A DNA stretch of 64,000 nucleotides from Lachnospiraceae bacterium. Its GTDB lineage: Bacteria > Bacillota > Clostridia > Lachnospirales > Lachnospiraceae. Below are positions 15,932 to 27,389 of the stretch, in pieces. Both the position numbers and the translations under genes were made by a program. Numbering within the stretch: the stretch's first letter is position 1; each line of letters begins with the position of its first letter. The stretch is from contig CAAGMZ010000018.1 of NCBI GenBank assembly GCA_900771195.1, positions 1,195 to 65,194 on the forward strand, given 5' to 3'. The notes beneath the pieces were generated by a model. The model ran no database searches and was not told the origin of the DNA. It saw nothing but the letters and a program-made list of their open reading frames with translations.

Positions 15932-17428
15932 TCAACCGTTCTCTGTCCAGGCCAGTGCACATCCGACTGCTCTTTTCCATCCCAGGGTAAGCTCTGATCT
16001 CTTTGCTTCTTCCATTCCGGGGCAAAAAATATCAGAAACCCGCCGGTTGCTTCGCACGTCATCCGTATTTTTCCAGAATCCCGTCGCAAGTCCCGCAAGA
16101 TATGCTGCTCCCAAAGCAGTTGTCTCCACACATGCAGGTCTCAGGACGTCAGTATTAAGAATGTCCGCCTGAAACTGCATAAGGAAATTATTTCTTGATG
16201 CTCCGCCGTCAACCTTAAGTCCGGCTATGTCAACTCCTGATTCCTGTTCCATAATTCTAAGGAGGTCATTTGTCTGATAAGCCATAGACTCAAGGGCTGC
16301 CCTGACAAAATGTTCCTTCCTGCAGCCTCTTGTAATCCCCACAACTGTTCCTCTTGCATACGGATTCCAGTACGGTGCGCCAAGCCCTGTAAATGCAGGC
16401 ACTATGTACACGCCATTGGTGTCCTCCACAGATGCAGCTAACTCCTCTGACTGTTCTGCCGACCTTATCATGTCCATCTCATCACGAAGCCACTGTATTC
16501 CTGCTCCTGCCACGAATATGCTGCCCTCCAGGGCATACTGCACGTTTCCGGCAGAGCCTGCAGCTATTGTTGTCAGAAGTCCGTTCTTAGACTCTACCGC
16601 TTTTTCCCCTGTATTCATAAGGAGAAAGCAACCTGTTCCGTAGGTATTTTTTACCTCTCCTGCCGAAAAACAACACTGTCCGAAAAGCGCCGCCTGCTGG
16701 TCTCCCGCTGCGCCCGCTATGGGAATCTCCGCTCCCGGCACGCCGGCTCCGGTATGCCCGTATACCGCACTTGACGGCATGACTTCGGGAAGCATTGACT
16801 TTGGTATGTTAAAATACTCAAGAATCCTTTCATCCCAGCACAGATTATGTATATCGAACATCATGGTGCGTGACGCATTGGTATAGTCAGTCACATGCAC
16901 ACTGCCCTTGGTAAGATTCCATATAAGCCATGTGTCTATAGTGCCAAAAATAAGCTTTCCATCCTCCGCATCTTTTCTGGCCCCCTCTACATTATCAAGT
17001 ATCCATGCAAGCTTTGAGGCCGAAAAATATGCATCGGGAACAAGCCCGGTAGTTTTCTTCACATAATCAGCCATGCCGTCCTTTTCCAGCTGCTTTATGC
17101 GGTCGGCTGTTCTCCTGCACTGCCACACTATGGCATTATAAACCGGTTCTCCCGTATATCTGTTCCATACAACGGTTGTCTCTCTCTGATTGGTAATACC
17201 GATTGCGGCAATCTCATCGCCCGTGGCGCCAATCTTACTCACAGCCTCCGTTGCCACCGAAAGCTGCGAAGACCATATCTCCATCGGGTCATGCTCCACC
17301 CACCCGGGCACGGGATATATCTGTCCGAATTCTTTCTGTGCCATGCTGCATATATTTCCATGTCTGTCAAACAAAATACAGCGTGAGCTTGTAGTTCCCT
17401 GGTCCAGGGCCATTACATATTTTTTCAT
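15932..17428 (-). CDS. glpK: Glycerol kinase
   Basis: [34 protein letters not shown]; start adjusted to MKKYV. Confidence 0.97.
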   Translation of the reverse strand: MKKYVMALDQGTTSSRCILFDRHGNICSMAQKEFGQIYPVPGWVEHDPMEIWSSQLSVATEAVSKIGATGDEIAAIGITNQRETTVVWNRYTGEPVYNAIVWQCRRTADRIKQLEKDGMADYVKKTTGLVPDAYFSASKLAWILDNVEGARKDAEDGKLIFGTIDTWLIWNLTKGSVHVTDYTNASRTMMFDIHNLCWDERILEYFNIPKSMLPEVMPSSAVYGHTGAGVPGAEIPIAGAAGDQQAALFGQCCFSAGEVKNTYGTGCFLLMNTGEKAVESKNGLLTTIAAGSAGNVQYALEGSIFVAGAGIQWLRDEMDMIRSAEQSEELAASVEDTNGVYIVPAFTGLGAPYWNPYARGTVVGITRGCRKEHFVRAALESMAYQTNDLLRIMEQESGVDIAGLKVDGGASRNNFLMQFQADILNTDVLRPACVETTALGAAYLAGLATGFWKNTDDVRSNRRVSDIFCPGMEEAKRSELTLGWKRAVGCALAWTENG

Positions 17429-17448
17429 AATCTTTCCATACCCAAAAA

Positions 17449-18525
17449 TCAATTTGTATCCTGCATCTTTGCCAGCTTCTTTGCCTGGTCGGCGGCAATG
17501 CACGCATCAATTATCTCCTGAATATCGCCGTCCATAATCTTGTCGATTTTGTAGAGAGTAAGTCCGATTCTGTGGTCAGTAACACGCCCCTGCGGGAAAT
17601 TGTATGTCCTTATCTTCTCTGAACGGTCACCGGTTCCTATCTGGCTTCTTCTGGCATCGGCTTCGGCATCATGAGCCTTCTGGCACTCCATGTCATATAA
17701 CTTTGCACGCAGAAGCGCAAAAGCCTTTTCCTTGTTCTGTATCTGCGACTTTTCCGTCTGGCTGTAAATCACTATTCCCGTGGGATAATGGGTAAGGCGC
17801 ACGGCCGAATCGGTAGTGTTGACACACTGACCGCCATTACCTGAAGCACGCATTACATCAATCCTTATATCCTTCTCATCAATGTGGATTTCCACATCCT
17901 CAGCCTCGGGCATGACCGCAACTGATGCGGTTGATGTGTGGATTCTGCCGCCCGACTCGGTTTCAGGCACGCGCTGTACCCTGTGAACACCGCTCTCGTA
18001 TTTCAGCACTGAGTAAGCACCCTGCCCCGTTACCATGAACTGAATCTCTTTCATTCCGCCGATTCCTGTCTCGTCCGAGTTGATAACCTCAAGCTTCCAG
18101 TGCTTTGCCTCAACATAATGGGCATACATTCTGAAAAGCTCCGCAGCAAAAAGAGCAGCCTCATCCCCGCCTGCACCTGCACGGATTTCAACCACAACGT
18201 TCTTGTCGTCATTAGGGTCCTTGGGCAGAAGAAGAATTTTTATTTTCTCTTCAAGAGCAGCCGAACGCTCCTTGGCGTCTGCAAGCTCCTCCTTTAACAT
18301 CTCCTTCATTTCCTCGTCATTTTCTTCCTCAAGCATCTCCAGGCTGTCGGCAATATCCCGATTAGCCTTTTTGTATGCCGTGTACGCCTCTACAAGAGGG
18401 GTCAGGTCACTCTGCTCCTTCATCAGTCTTCTGAATCTGTTCTGGTCAGAGGTGACCTCCGGACTTGAAAGCTCCGCATTGAGATCCTCATATTTTATTA
18501 AAACATCTTCCAAATTTTCAAACAT
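17449..18525 (-). CDS. prfA: Peptide chain release factor 1
   Basis: GGDEA, PET anticodon-mimic motif, GGQ. Confidence 0.98.
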   Translation of the reverse strand: MFENLEDVLIKYEDLNAELSSPEVTSDQNRFRRLMKEQSDLTPLVEAYTAYKKANRDIADSLEMLEEENDEEMKEMLKEELADAKERSAALEEKIKILLLPKDPNDDKNVVVEIRAGAGGDEAALFAAELFRMYAHYVEAKHWKLEVINSDETGIGGMKEIQFMVTGQGAYSVLKYESGVHRVQRVPETESGGRIHTSTASVAVMPEAEDVEIHIDEKDIRIDVMRASGNGGQCVNTTDSAVRLTHYPTGIVIYSQTEKSQIQNKEKAFALLRAKLYDMECQKAHDAEADARRSQIGTGDRSEKIRTYNFPQGRVTDHRIGLTLYKIDKIMDGDIQEIIDACIAADQAKKLAKMQDTN

Positions 18526-19367
18526 TATGTCCTCCGTCCGCAGACAACTCTGTCAAGACCCGCCAGATCCTTTATGACTCTGATGTCTGCAAATTTATTT
18601 TCATTAAGCAGCTCAGACACTGCCCTGCCCTGATCATATCCGATTTCCATCATTATGATTCCTCCCGTGGCAAGGTAATCGCCTGCCTCACTTATAAGCC
18701 TTCTGTAAAAAAACAATCCGTCCTCATGCCCATCCAGTGCAAGTCTCGGTTCACAATCCTTCACCTCGGAATCAAGCCCTTCCATAATCCCCGTAGGGAT
18801 ATACGGAGGATTTGATAAAATAACGTCATACCTGCCGGATACATTTTCGTACATGTCGCTCTCAATAAATTCTATATTGTGGGCATGATTCTTTACAGCG
18901 TTGCGCCCTGCAACTTCAAGAGCCTTTTGTGATATATCCGCCGCCACTGTTCTCCCGGCTTTTCCGAGAACCGAAACGCTGACAGCTATGCACCCTGAAC
19001 CGGTGCACATATCAAGAACACTCTTAGTGTCATCAATATATTTTAATGCCTCTTCAACAAGTACCTCCGTATCGAATCTGGGAATAAGCACATCAGGTGT
19101 TACATCAAATTCCATGCCCATAAAATACGCTTTTCCCGTAATATACTGGACAGGAATGTGACTGCATCTCTTGTCAATATATTCACTATAAACCGAAACT
19201 TTATCCGGGTCAGCAGGCAAATCGGCATCAAGAAGATATTTTGTCCGGTTAATTGGAAAAACAGCTTCCATAAGAAGCCACGCATCGTTTTCAGCCTCTT
19301 TTATACCTGCTTCAGCCAGTTTCCTGATACTGTCCGACAAAGCCTGCCTATAAGTCATCTGCCTCAT
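18525..19367 (-). CDS. prmC: Release factor glutamine methyltransferase
   Basis: [20 protein letters not shown]; adjacent to prfA. Confidence 0.96.
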   Translation of the reverse strand: MRQMTYRQALSDSIRKLAEAGIKEAENDAWLLMEAVFPINRTKYLLDADLPADPDKVSVYSEYIDKRCSHIPVQYITGKAYFMGMEFDVTPDVLIPRFDTEVLVEEALKYIDDTKSVLDMCTGSGCIAVSVSVLGKAGRTVAADISQKALEVAGRNAVKNHAHNIEFIESDMYENVSGRYDVILSNPPYIPTGIMEGLDSEVKDCEPRLALDGHEDGLFFYRRLISEAGDYLATGGIIMMEIGYDQGRAVSELLNENKFADIRVIKDLAGLDRVVCGRRT

Positions 19368-20310
19368 GGGATTCTTCCTCTGCTTTATCGCATTTGACAC
19401 CAAAATTTTCCTCAAGATATCCTCTCCAGTCAAAAACAGCATTGACCGAAGCAATACCAACCTCTATCATATCATCATCAGGTTCCTTGGTTGTGAGCTT
19501 CTGAAGGGCAAGCCCCGGCTTAATAAAAAAATTGACAACACAATTATCATGTGTTCCGGCAAACCTCAGAAGTTCATATGATATTCCGGCAATTACCGGA
19601 ATAAGTACTATCCTTGCAAGAAGCCTGAGTACTCTTGAGTCAAAACGCACGAACATAAGCACCAGAATGGATATACACATTACAAGCAGAAGAAAGCTTG
19701 TTCCGCACCGCTTATGCTCCTTGGAGCTCTTTTTTACATTCTCAACGGTAAGCTCAAGTCCATTCTCAAGACAGCTGATACATTTATGCTCTGCACCGTG
19801 ATACATATATACTCTTTTTATATCCTTCATAAGAGATATAAGTGCCATGTACGCAACAAGAATGACAACCCTGATAATTCCTTCAATAAGTATTATCAGC
19901 GACTCCGATTTAATATACTTTCCTATAAGTAGTGACAGAAAATACGGACCTACCATAAATATTCCGATTGCCAGAACAACCGATACCAGCATGGTCACAA
20001 CAGTGAATATGGTATCTGACTTTTTCTTCTGTTCAGGCGTTCTTGTATCCTCTTCCTCATCGTCATCATCATAGAATGACGCAGCATACATAAGTGTTGA
20101 CATGCCAAGCACCAGTGAGTCTATAAAATTGACTATGCCTCTGAAAAAAGGAAGTCTGAAGAACCTGCTTTTGCCTGCTATTCCTTTATATTCTTCTTTT
20201 TTAACTACTATATTTCCATCGGGTTTACGGACCGCTACGCCGTACTGATCTTTATTTCTCATCATCACGCCTTCAAGAACGGCCTGCCCGCCTATTCCGG
20301 AGTATTTCAT
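19348..20310 (-). CDS. DUF1385 (YqhQ-like) membrane protein
   Basis: GGQAVLEGVMM, YHGAEHK, HKRCGTSF, LTTKEP. Confidence 0.92.
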   Translation of the reverse strand: MKYSGIGGQAVLEGVMMRNKDQYGVAVRKPDGNIVVKKEEYKGIAGKSRFFRLPFFRGIVNFIDSLVLGMSTLMYAASFYDDDDEEEDTRTPEQKKKSDTIFTVVTMLVSVVLAIGIFMVGPYFLSLLIGKYIKSESLIILIEGIIRVVILVAYMALISLMKDIKRVYMYHGAEHKCISCLENGLELTVENVKKSSKEHKRCGTSFLLLVMCISILVLMFVRFDSRVLRLLARIVLIPVIAGISYELLRFAGTHDNCVVNFFIKPGLALQKLTTKEPDDDMIEVGIASVNAVFDWRGYLEENFGVKCDKAEEESHEADDL

Positions 20311-20333
20311 ATAATCTCCTTTCATAACAAAAT

Positions 20334-20361
20334 GGGTTGAGACTGTGCACAATCTCAACCC
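20334..20361 (-). terminator. Hairpin downstream of rpmE
   Basis: gggttgaga...tctcaaccc, T-rich on the minus strand. Confidence 0.6.
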
Positions 20362-20390
20362 TATTGTCTACCCTGATCAGACACCTGTTG

Positions 20391-20597
20391 TTAATTATTC
20401 TGTACGCCGTACTTCTTGTTGAACTTATCAATACGTCCGCGTGCGGCTGCAGCCTTCTGCTGTCCTGTATAGAACGGATGGCACTTTGAGCAGATTTCAA
20501 CATGGATTTCAGGCTTGGTTGAACCTGTTACGAACTCGTTACCGCAGTTGCAGATAACCTTTGCCTGATAATACTCGGGATGGATTCCTTCTTTCAT
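20391..20597 (-). CDS. rpmE: 50S ribosomal protein L31 (Zn-binding type)
   Basis: [23 protein letters not shown]. Confidence 0.98.
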   Translation of the reverse strand: MKEGIHPEYYQAKVICNCGNEFVTGSTKPEIHVEICSKCHPFYTGQQKAAAARGRIDKFNKKYGVQNN

Positions 20598-20733
20598 AAT
20601 TTCACCTCTCTGATTAAAATTCACTATGACTTGTCATTAAGACCTGTCGCCATAATAACAATTTTACATTGTATGCTGTCTGTTGCACAGCTTTTAAAGT
20701 ATATCACATAGATGACGGAATTGCAACATATTT

Positions 20734-21861
20734 TTACATTTTGTCCGGTTCAAGCACATCAGCCAGTGAATTGTCCTTAACTATGGAATTCACGCTGTAT
20801 AAGAAAAGAACATCTGTAATATTATTTCTTTTGGCAGCTTCATATATGTCATCATAAAAATATCTGGGGTCAACCACTATTATATTGTCATAATACGGTG
20901 TCAGCATCGGCACAAAGCAGTTTGCAAAAGAATCCTTTATAATCAGGAGATTCTTCCCCGTCCCGGCTGTTGTGGCAATGTTGACCTGCGAATAATTGCC
21001 ACCCATGAACACAAGATACTTGTCCTTCTCCTTAAGCTTTTCTTCATCAAAAAGCGTTGTTGTCTTTCTGGTATCCTCAACATAATTGACCACATATGTT
21101 CCCTCGCTCTCCTTGGGCACGCATATGTTTACCACATCATCTGATGTATATACTCCGCTGTTGGAGGCCTGTGTTCCCTTAAAGCCTGATGCCACACAGT
21201 ATGTCTCATAATCACTGTCGTTTACGGTAAGTCCCTCTGCCGAAGCAAATTCCTTAAATGCCAGATATGCCCCCTCTACCGTCCAGTGGTGGTCTGTCTT
21301 ATAATAGAGCTTTTGAGTCCTGTTTTCATAAAGCGTATCGTATACATCAATCTTGTCAACCTTATCGGAAAGCATGGAATACATTGCATCTATCATTGAT
21401 TTCTGTGTACTCTTCACGCCATACGGAAGCTTGTCCTCATATATTGAGATTGAATCAGGAACAGCCATAAACTTCACATTCACGCCTTCAAGTGAATCTG
21501 CAAAGGTATTTACAGAGTTCATTATCTCCTCTGCCCTGTCAGCATCAAACTCATTTTCCCCGGCAATCAGGTAACCGCCTTCACCAAGATACACCCCGTT
21601 CATTTCCTTCTGTCCCATAAGTCTCAAGGAGTTTGTCTTAAGCACTATGCAGGCATCTCTTGCCGGAAACTGGTCGGTCATATATGTCTCGAAGTCTTCC
21701 ATAAAGCTTCCGTCCATGATTGATGCAAATGTAATTTTCGGAAATGATGACAGATACCTGTTCTCATTGTCGGAGAAGGTTCTGTCCTTTGAAAAAATCA
21801 TCCACACAGGAACAATACACAGCACAGCTATAAAAATTATACGGATAAATCTCTTTCTCAT
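20734..21861 (-). CDS. DHHW/AlgJ-like O-acetyltransferase
   Basis: ENRYL, YYKTDHHWT, KDSFAN, DPRY. Confidence 0.9.
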   Translation of the reverse strand: MRKRFIRIIFIAVLCIVPVWMIFSKDRTFSDNENRYLSSFPKITFASIMDGSFMEDFETYMTDQFPARDACIVLKTNSLRLMGQKEMNGVYLGEGGYLIAGENEFDADRAEEIMNSVNTFADSLEGVNVKFMAVPDSISIYEDKLPYGVKSTQKSMIDAMYSMLSDKVDKIDVYDTLYENRTQKLYYKTDHHWTVEGAYLAFKEFASAEGLTVNDSDYETYCVASGFKGTQASNSGVYTSDDVVNICVPKESEGTYVVNYVEDTRKTTTLFDEEKLKEKDKYLVFMGGNYSQVNIATTAGTGKNLLIIKDSFANCFVPMLTPYYDNIIVVDPRYFYDDIYEAAKRNNITDVLFLYSVNSIVKDNSLADVLEPDKM

Positions 21862-21875
21862 GCTTTATTCCTTTA

Positions 21876-23240
21876 CTAAAACCTGAAATACAAAAACGGA
21901 TTATAGCTTTCACTGACAAGGAATGCCACTGAAAGCACTGCCAGAAGCAGGCACACAAGCCATCCCAGGACTGACGGTGCCTTCTGTTTTTCCCCCGGCT
22001 TTATAAATGCCGCAAGAAATCCTATAATCATAATGATTCCGTATCCGGCAAGATAGAACAGGGCTGTGCTGTCAGCACAGATTCCCGTGGTTCCGAACAT
22101 GGTGCCGATGTATGCAACCGCATCCTTCAACGATTCACTAAAGAACAGTACCCAGCCGATAATAACCAGTACGAATGTTACCAGCCAGTTGATGAACGCG
22201 GGAAGCTTTTCCTTAACTTTTTTAAATACGAATTTCTCCAATATAAGAAGTATCCCGTAATAAAGCCCCCAGGCGACAAAATTCCACGCCGCCCCGTGCC
22301 ATAAGCCTGTCATCATCCACACAATCAGCAGATTAAATATCTGTCTTGCCGGTCCTTTTCTGTTACCGCCAAGCGGAATGTAAAGGTACTCACGGAACCA
22401 TGTTCCTAATGATATATGCCATCTTCTCCAGAATTCCGTTATGCTCTGTGAGCAGTATGGCGCATCGAAGTTCTTGGGGAAATTAAACCCAAGCATTTTG
22501 CCCAGCCCGATTGCCATATCTGAATATCCCGAAAAATCATTGTATATCTGCAGCGTATACGCAATTGCGCCAAGCCATGCCGTAAGTACAGATCTGTCTG
22601 AAATTCCGAGCACCTCCGTATGGAGCCCTCCGATTACATTTGCCAGAATAACCTTTTTGGCAAGACCTTTTACAAATATAAGTATCCCGTTACCCATATC
22701 GTGGCTCGAGAATCTGCGCACCGTAAGCTGCTTTTCGATGTCTCCGTACTTGACGATAGGTCCTGCAATAAGCTGCGGGAACATCGTTATATATACCGCA
22801 AAAGGAATGATGCTCTTCTGCGCTTTGCTTTCTCCCCTGTACACATCGATTATGTATGACATTGCCTGAAATGTATAAAAAGAAATTCCGATAGGCAGAG
22901 CAAGCTCTTTATTCCGGATAGACAGTCCTGTGATGGAATTTATCGTATCAATCAGAAGACCGGAATATTTAAAATATCCGAGTATGAGCAGATTTACCAC
23001 TATTCCCAGAACCAAAGCCGGTTTCTTATTGGTACTGCGCTCTATATCCTGCCCTATCAGGTAATTGAAAAATATGCTGATTATCATCAGCAGTATATAA
23101 ACAGGCTCTCCCCATGCATAGAATATGAGACTTGCAATAAGAAGAATAATATTTTTCCAGGTAATGTCCCTGCACAGGTAATATAATATGAGCACTATTG
23201 GCAGGAAAACAAATAAAAATGTAAGACTGCTGAATACCAC
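21876..23240 (-). CDS. MBOAT family O-acyltransferase (AlgI/DltB-like)
   Basis: LPIGISFYTFQ, FPQLIAGPI, DFSGYSDMAIG, FWRRWHISL, GLWHGA. Confidence 0.96.
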   Translation of the reverse strand: MVFSSLTFLFVFLPIVLILYYLCRDITWKNIILLIASLIFYAWGEPVYILLMIISIFFNYLIGQDIERSTNKKPALVLGIVVNLLILGYFKYSGLLIDTINSITGLSIRNKELALPIGISFYTFQAMSYIIDVYRGESKAQKSIIPFAVYITMFPQLIAGPIVKYGDIEKQLTVRRFSSHDMGNGILIFVKGLAKKVILANVIGGLHTEVLGISDRSVLTAWLGAIAYTLQIYNDFSGYSDMAIGLGKMLGFNFPKNFDAPYCSQSITEFWRRWHISLGTWFREYLYIPLGGNRKGPARQIFNLLIVWMMTGLWHGAAWNFVAWGLYYGILLILEKFVFKKVKEKLPAFINWLVTFVLVIIGWVLFFSESLKDAVAYIGTMFGTTGICADSTALFYLAGYGIIMIIGFLAAFIKPGEKQKAPSVLGWLVCLLLAVLSVAFLVSESYNPFLYFRF

Positions 23241-23249
23241 CTGTCGCTC

Positions 23250-23723
23250 CTAACCTGTAATACAATCGGTAAGTGCCTTCTCTACTGACCCGGCATTATC
23301 CGAAACTACATATATAAAATAATTGCCCTTCTGTTCAATGACGCAGTCTGACAGAAGTCTGTACTGATCGGGTGCGTATGACTTGAACAACTCCATATCG
23401 GAAGTTCTTCTGCTTTTGACCGTCTTCTCCACGTCTTTCCCCTGAGATGAATCTGAAAGCTTTATTATAAGGACTTTTTCACAGTCCATCACTGACTGGT
23501 GTCCATAATAAATGACCCCGTCATAGTCATTGGCATTGAGCCCGAAATCTTTCTTGAACTGAGAATTTCCAAACCTCTCCATTTCTGCCAGATCAGCCTC
23601 TTCCGACAGGCATGCCACAATTTCTTCTACATTTACGTCTATGTATTTGTCCCTGTTATTGATAAAAAATATAAACATCATAAGACAACAGAGTACGATT
23701 ATTTCTTTAAACCTAATCGACAT
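23250..23723 (-). CDS. DUF4358-like membrane-anchored protein
   Basis: FKSYAPDQY, KGNYFIYVVS; typical position in AlgI clusters. Confidence 0.75.
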   Translation of the reverse strand: MSIRFKEIIVLCCLMMFIFFINNRDKYIDVNVEEIVACLSEEADLAEMERFGNSQFKKDFGLNANDYDGVIYYGHQSVMDCEKVLIIKLSDSSQGKDVEKTVKSRRTSDMELFKSYAPDQYRLLSDCVIEQKGNYFIYVVSDNAGSVEKALTDCITG

Positions 23724-24621
23724 TGTAAATCCCCATTTCCCTGATCAGATTGTCAATCCACATAACATACAGCTTTTTCTGTACATGAATTCCGTCACCC
23801 GCATAAAGCTCCGGATGTGATGCAAACAGCTCTGAATCCTCATTATATCCCACACCGAGTTCAACGCACATGCTGCGCAGCTTTTTGTTATATTTTTCCG
23901 CATATGCCAATCGTGCATTCTGCTGAACCGCACTTTCCTGAACAGGCATCAGTCCGCATACGACTATCCTTATTCCCGGAACGCCTTCTTTTATCTTTTG
24001 TATGCATTCTTTATATCTGTTAATAAATGCATCTGTGACAAAATCATCAGGGTCCATTTCGTTGAGACCATAGTGAAGAACAAGAAACTTAGGATTGTAA
24101 CTGATTATTGCATCTGTGTTGTCATAAAGATGAGTCTGCAGAAACGCTCCGACTGTGGCAATAACATTTCCCTCATCTGCCAGCTTAAAATCCCTGAACC
24201 CCGTCATTATGGAGTCTCCCACAAACAGCGTGTCCGAAAAGACTTCCTTGGTTGAGACAGTTCCGGATGCCACATCATCTGCTGCCTTCTCTGCCTTTTC
24301 ATGATTAAACGTCCAGGGCACATAGCAGTCCAGATTGCTTCCGTAAAATTTCTCAACTCCCAGTTCTTTCTCCTCTGAAGTCTCATCCGGTAACGGGACA
24401 TATGTCTCTCCCGGCAAATCTTCCTGGCTTCCCGAAGAACTATTTATCCGGTTCTCAATTTCACGCACATCAGCATTTCCGGCAGCAGCCAGATATGCCT
24501 GACCCTCAGCAGTATTCACTTTTGTCTCATTCTTACCGTTTGCGGTGAGAACGCTCATTGCTATCACAAACGTTATTGCAACAGCTATCAGAATCTGCGG
24601 TATTAAACTTCCCTTTTTCAT
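23713..24621 (-). CDS. SGNH/GDSL hydrolase/acetyltransferase, membrane anchored
   Basis: FVGDS, HYGLNE, DGIH. Confidence 0.88.
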   Translation of the reverse strand: MKKGSLIPQILIAVAITFVIAMSVLTANGKNETKVNTAEGQAYLAAAGNADVREIENRINSSSGSQEDLPGETYVPLPDETSEEKELGVEKFYGSNLDCYVPWTFNHEKAEKAADDVASGTVSTKEVFSDTLFVGDSIMTGFRDFKLADEGNVIATVGAFLQTHLYDNTDAIISYNPKFLVLHYGLNEMDPDDFVTDAFINRYKECIQKIKEGVPGIRIVVCGLMPVQESAVQQNARLAYAEKYNKKLRSMCVELGVGYNEDSELFASHPELYAGDGIHVQKKLYVMWIDNLIREMGIYNVD

Positions 24622-24622
24622 T

Positions 24623-25696
24623 TTAAATCCCCATTACTTCAATCAGATTTTCCATCCAGTAATAACGGTAAAAATCCCCTGTGAGATGCAATCCGTCATC
24701 GCCAAAAACATTGTTGTTCTTAAGCATATACTCATTATCACTGATGTACTCGATTCCAAGCTCCATGCACATCTCAACAAGATCATAGTCGTACTCATTT
24801 ATATACATAAATCTTGCCTGTGACCCAAAGATGCTGTAGCTCACGGGAAACACTCCGCTCACGATAATCCTCAGATGCGGCAGCGATGCTTTAAGCCTTG
24901 CCAGCAAATCTTTATACTGACTTATCCTGTATGCACGCTCTGACGCACTTACGGAAAGTGTGTTTATCCCGTAATGCACTATTATCGAATCACAGTTGCT
25001 GGCAGCCATGATAACTCTGTCAAAATTCTTATCGAACCAGTCATAGCTCTCACCTATCTTGGCTACGATTCTTGCATCGCTTAAGATTCCGTAGGAGACG
25101 ATTCCCACAATCTGCGAATCCCCTGTAAATGCCACACGCTCAAATGCCTCTTCAAAGGAAAGCTCACCGTTTCTCAATTTTTCAGCCTTGGCTGCTGCTG
25201 CCTCCTTGTCAACATATTGGAGTATGTAATTGGGCGGGTACGGAAGAGTGCGTATGTTCACCGCATTCACATCAACAGATGCCTTCCGGCCCATATACTC
25301 AAATTCAAATGTATTTTCTCCCTCCGCAAGTCTGAAATCATCCGAGAGCTGGTCACATGTGTAATCTGTGACAATTTGAATATTTCCATTTTCATCCATA
25401 AGCTGTACGGTAAAATTTTCGGCAATGGCCTGTCCGCCTGCATAAAGAGGCTCTCCATTGTACAATGCCATAAGCTTTCCATCCTTCACCGGCTCCACAA
25501 CATCATTGTCCACCAATATCACATCCGTCCGGCTCTCTGTTTCATTCCGAGTCGTGTCTGTGTCAAAAATAATATCCGTAAAAAGTATCAGGCACAAAAG
25601 CACAACGGTAAATGCAAGAACCGTTCCGAGAACAGCAACTAAAGCTATCTTGGCCTTGTATGCCCCGTTCTTTTTTTTATGGGATTTACTACTCAT
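24623..25696 (-). CDS. SGNH/GDSL hydrolase/acetyltransferase, membrane anchored
   Basis: N-terminal TM, FTGDS, HYGIN, DGLH. Confidence 0.88.
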   Translation of the reverse strand: MSSKSHKKKNGAYKAKIALVAVLGTVLAFTVVLLCLILFTDIIFDTDTTRNETESRTDVILVDNDVVEPVKDGKLMALYNGEPLYAGGQAIAENFTVQLMDENGNIQIVTDYTCDQLSDDFRLAEGENTFEFEYMGRKASVDVNAVNIRTLPYPPNYILQYVDKEAAAAKAEKLRNGELSFEEAFERVAFTGDSQIVGIVSYGILSDARIVAKIGESYDWFDKNFDRVIMAASNCDSIIVHYGINTLSVSASERAYRISQYKDLLARLKASLPHLRIIVSGVFPVSYSIFGSQARFMYINEYDYDLVEMCMELGIEYISDNEYMLKNNNVFGDDGLHLTGDFYRYYWMENLIEVMGI

Positions 25697-25708
25697 TGCT
25701 ATCTCCCG

Positions 25709-27157
25709 CTATACCAGTCTTGTTTTCTTCACTATCTGGCACAGCTCAACATTGTTTCTTGTCTTGGAGAACAAATCGATTATCCTCTCAACGGCATCAT
25801 CTGATCTCAGTCCGTTAAGTGCTTTTCTCATTATATCGACTGCCTCCTGCTCTTCTCTCGTAAGAAGAAGGTCTTCGCGCCTTGTTCCTGACTTCACAAT
25901 ATCTATTGCAGGGAATATTCTCTTCTCCGAAAGCTTTCTGTCAAGCACAAGCTCCATATTACCTGTTCCCTTAAATTCCTCGTACACCACATCGTCCATC
26001 TTGCTGCCGGTATCCACAAGTGCCGTTGCAAGTATGGTGAGTGAGCCGCCTTCACGCATGTTACGTGCAGCTCCGAAAAACTTTTTGGGCATGTGAAGAG
26101 CTGCCGGGTCAAGACCTCCGGAAAGAGTACGTCCGCTGGGAGCAATTACGATATTGTACGCTCTCGTCAGCCTTGTAATGCTGTCCAGAAGTATGCACAC
26201 ATCCCTGCCGTGCTCAACGAGTCTCTTGGCTCTCTCAATAACCATTTCCGAAACTCTCTTGTGATGTTCCGGAAGTTCATCGAAAGTAGAGTATATAACC
26301 TCCACATTACTGCCTTCAATCGACTCTTTTATGTCCGTAACTTCCTCCGGACGCTCATCTATCAAAAGAATTATCAGGTGCATTTCCTTGTTGTTGGTAG
26401 TGATTGATTTGGCAACCTGCTTTAAGAGCGTGGTCTTTCCTGCCTTGGGAGGTGACACGATCATGCCTCTCTGGCCCTTTCCTATCGGAGAGATAAGATC
26501 TACTATCCTCATTGCCGTACTGCTTTTGGATGTCTCGAGATGTATCCTCTCATCAGGGAATATGGGCGTAAGCCTTTCAAAAGCCACACGCTTAGGTATA
26601 TCTGACGGACTGTATCCGTTTACTGATTTGATAACAAGCAGCGCACTGAACTTTTCGTTCTGGTTCTTGATTTTCTTGAGACCGTTAATTATATCTCCGG
26701 TCTTAAGACCAAATCTCTTTATCTGTGCAGGTGAAACGTATACGTCATTATCTCCCGGCATATAATTGGCACAACGTATGAATCCGTATCCGTCCTGCAT
26801 TACTTCGAGAATTCCGTTGGCATCTGAATGCGTATCAACAAGCGCCGGGTCGTATTCCTGTCTGTAGGGGTCATCCGGCTGTCCAAATATTGCCAGCTTC
26901 TTCTCAGGTTTTTCTGCTTTGGCATTTACGGCTTCGCTTTTTTCTTCCTGGGAATGAGCAGGAACATTCTTTTTCTCCCGGTTGTTCTCCGTACTTGTGT
27001 CGTGCTCCTTTCTTGCGGTTGCTCCTTCATCATCCGCTGCCGCAAGTATGGCATCAATGAGGTCGCTTTTACGCATAACCGTGACATTCTTAACACCCTT
27101 GTCTCTGGCAATATCTCTAAGCACAGATACTGAAAGCGTTTCAAGTTTTTCTCTCAT
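25709..27157 (-). CDS. rho: Transcription termination factor Rho
   Basis: [41 protein letters not shown]; start adjusted to MREKL. Confidence 0.98.
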   Translation of the reverse strand: MREKLETLSVSVLRDIARDKGVKNVTVMRKSDLIDAILAAADDEGATARKEHDTSTENNREKKNVPAHSQEEKSEAVNAKAEKPEKKLAIFGQPDDPYRQEYDPALVDTHSDANGILEVMQDGYGFIRCANYMPGDNDVYVSPAQIKRFGLKTGDIINGLKKIKNQNEKFSALLVIKSVNGYSPSDIPKRVAFERLTPIFPDERIHLETSKSSTAMRIVDLISPIGKGQRGMIVSPPKAGKTTLLKQVAKSITTNNKEMHLIILLIDERPEEVTDIKESIEGSNVEVIYSTFDELPEHHKRVSEMVIERAKRLVEHGRDVCILLDSITRLTRAYNIVIAPSGRTLSGGLDPAALHMPKKFFGAARNMREGGSLTILATALVDTGSKMDDVVYEEFKGTGNMELVLDRKLSEKRIFPAIDIVKSGTRREDLLLTREEQEAVDIMRKALNGLRSDDAVERIIDLFSKTRNNVELCQIVKKTRLV

Positions 27158-27264
27158 GGAAATATCTCCTTCTCTTCTACGCGCCCAACCGGCGCCCTGA
27201 TTATTCTCTGGGGGTAAAAGCTTTCGCTTCAACATGAACTGTCATGAACAATATTACTGAGGTT

Positions 27265-27293
27265 ATCTTACTCCTTTTTGTTTAATGTGTCAA
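27265..27293 (-). promoter_or_regulatory. sigmaA promoter of rho
   Basis: TTGACA-17-TAAGAT on minus strand. Confidence 0.6.
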
Positions 27294-27389
27294 TAAGCTC
27301 CTTCTTTACGGCTTTATACATTTTGACACCCGAAAGGATTTATGATACTATGTTGGTTATCAAATATTTCGTAAAGGAAGTACTTTATA

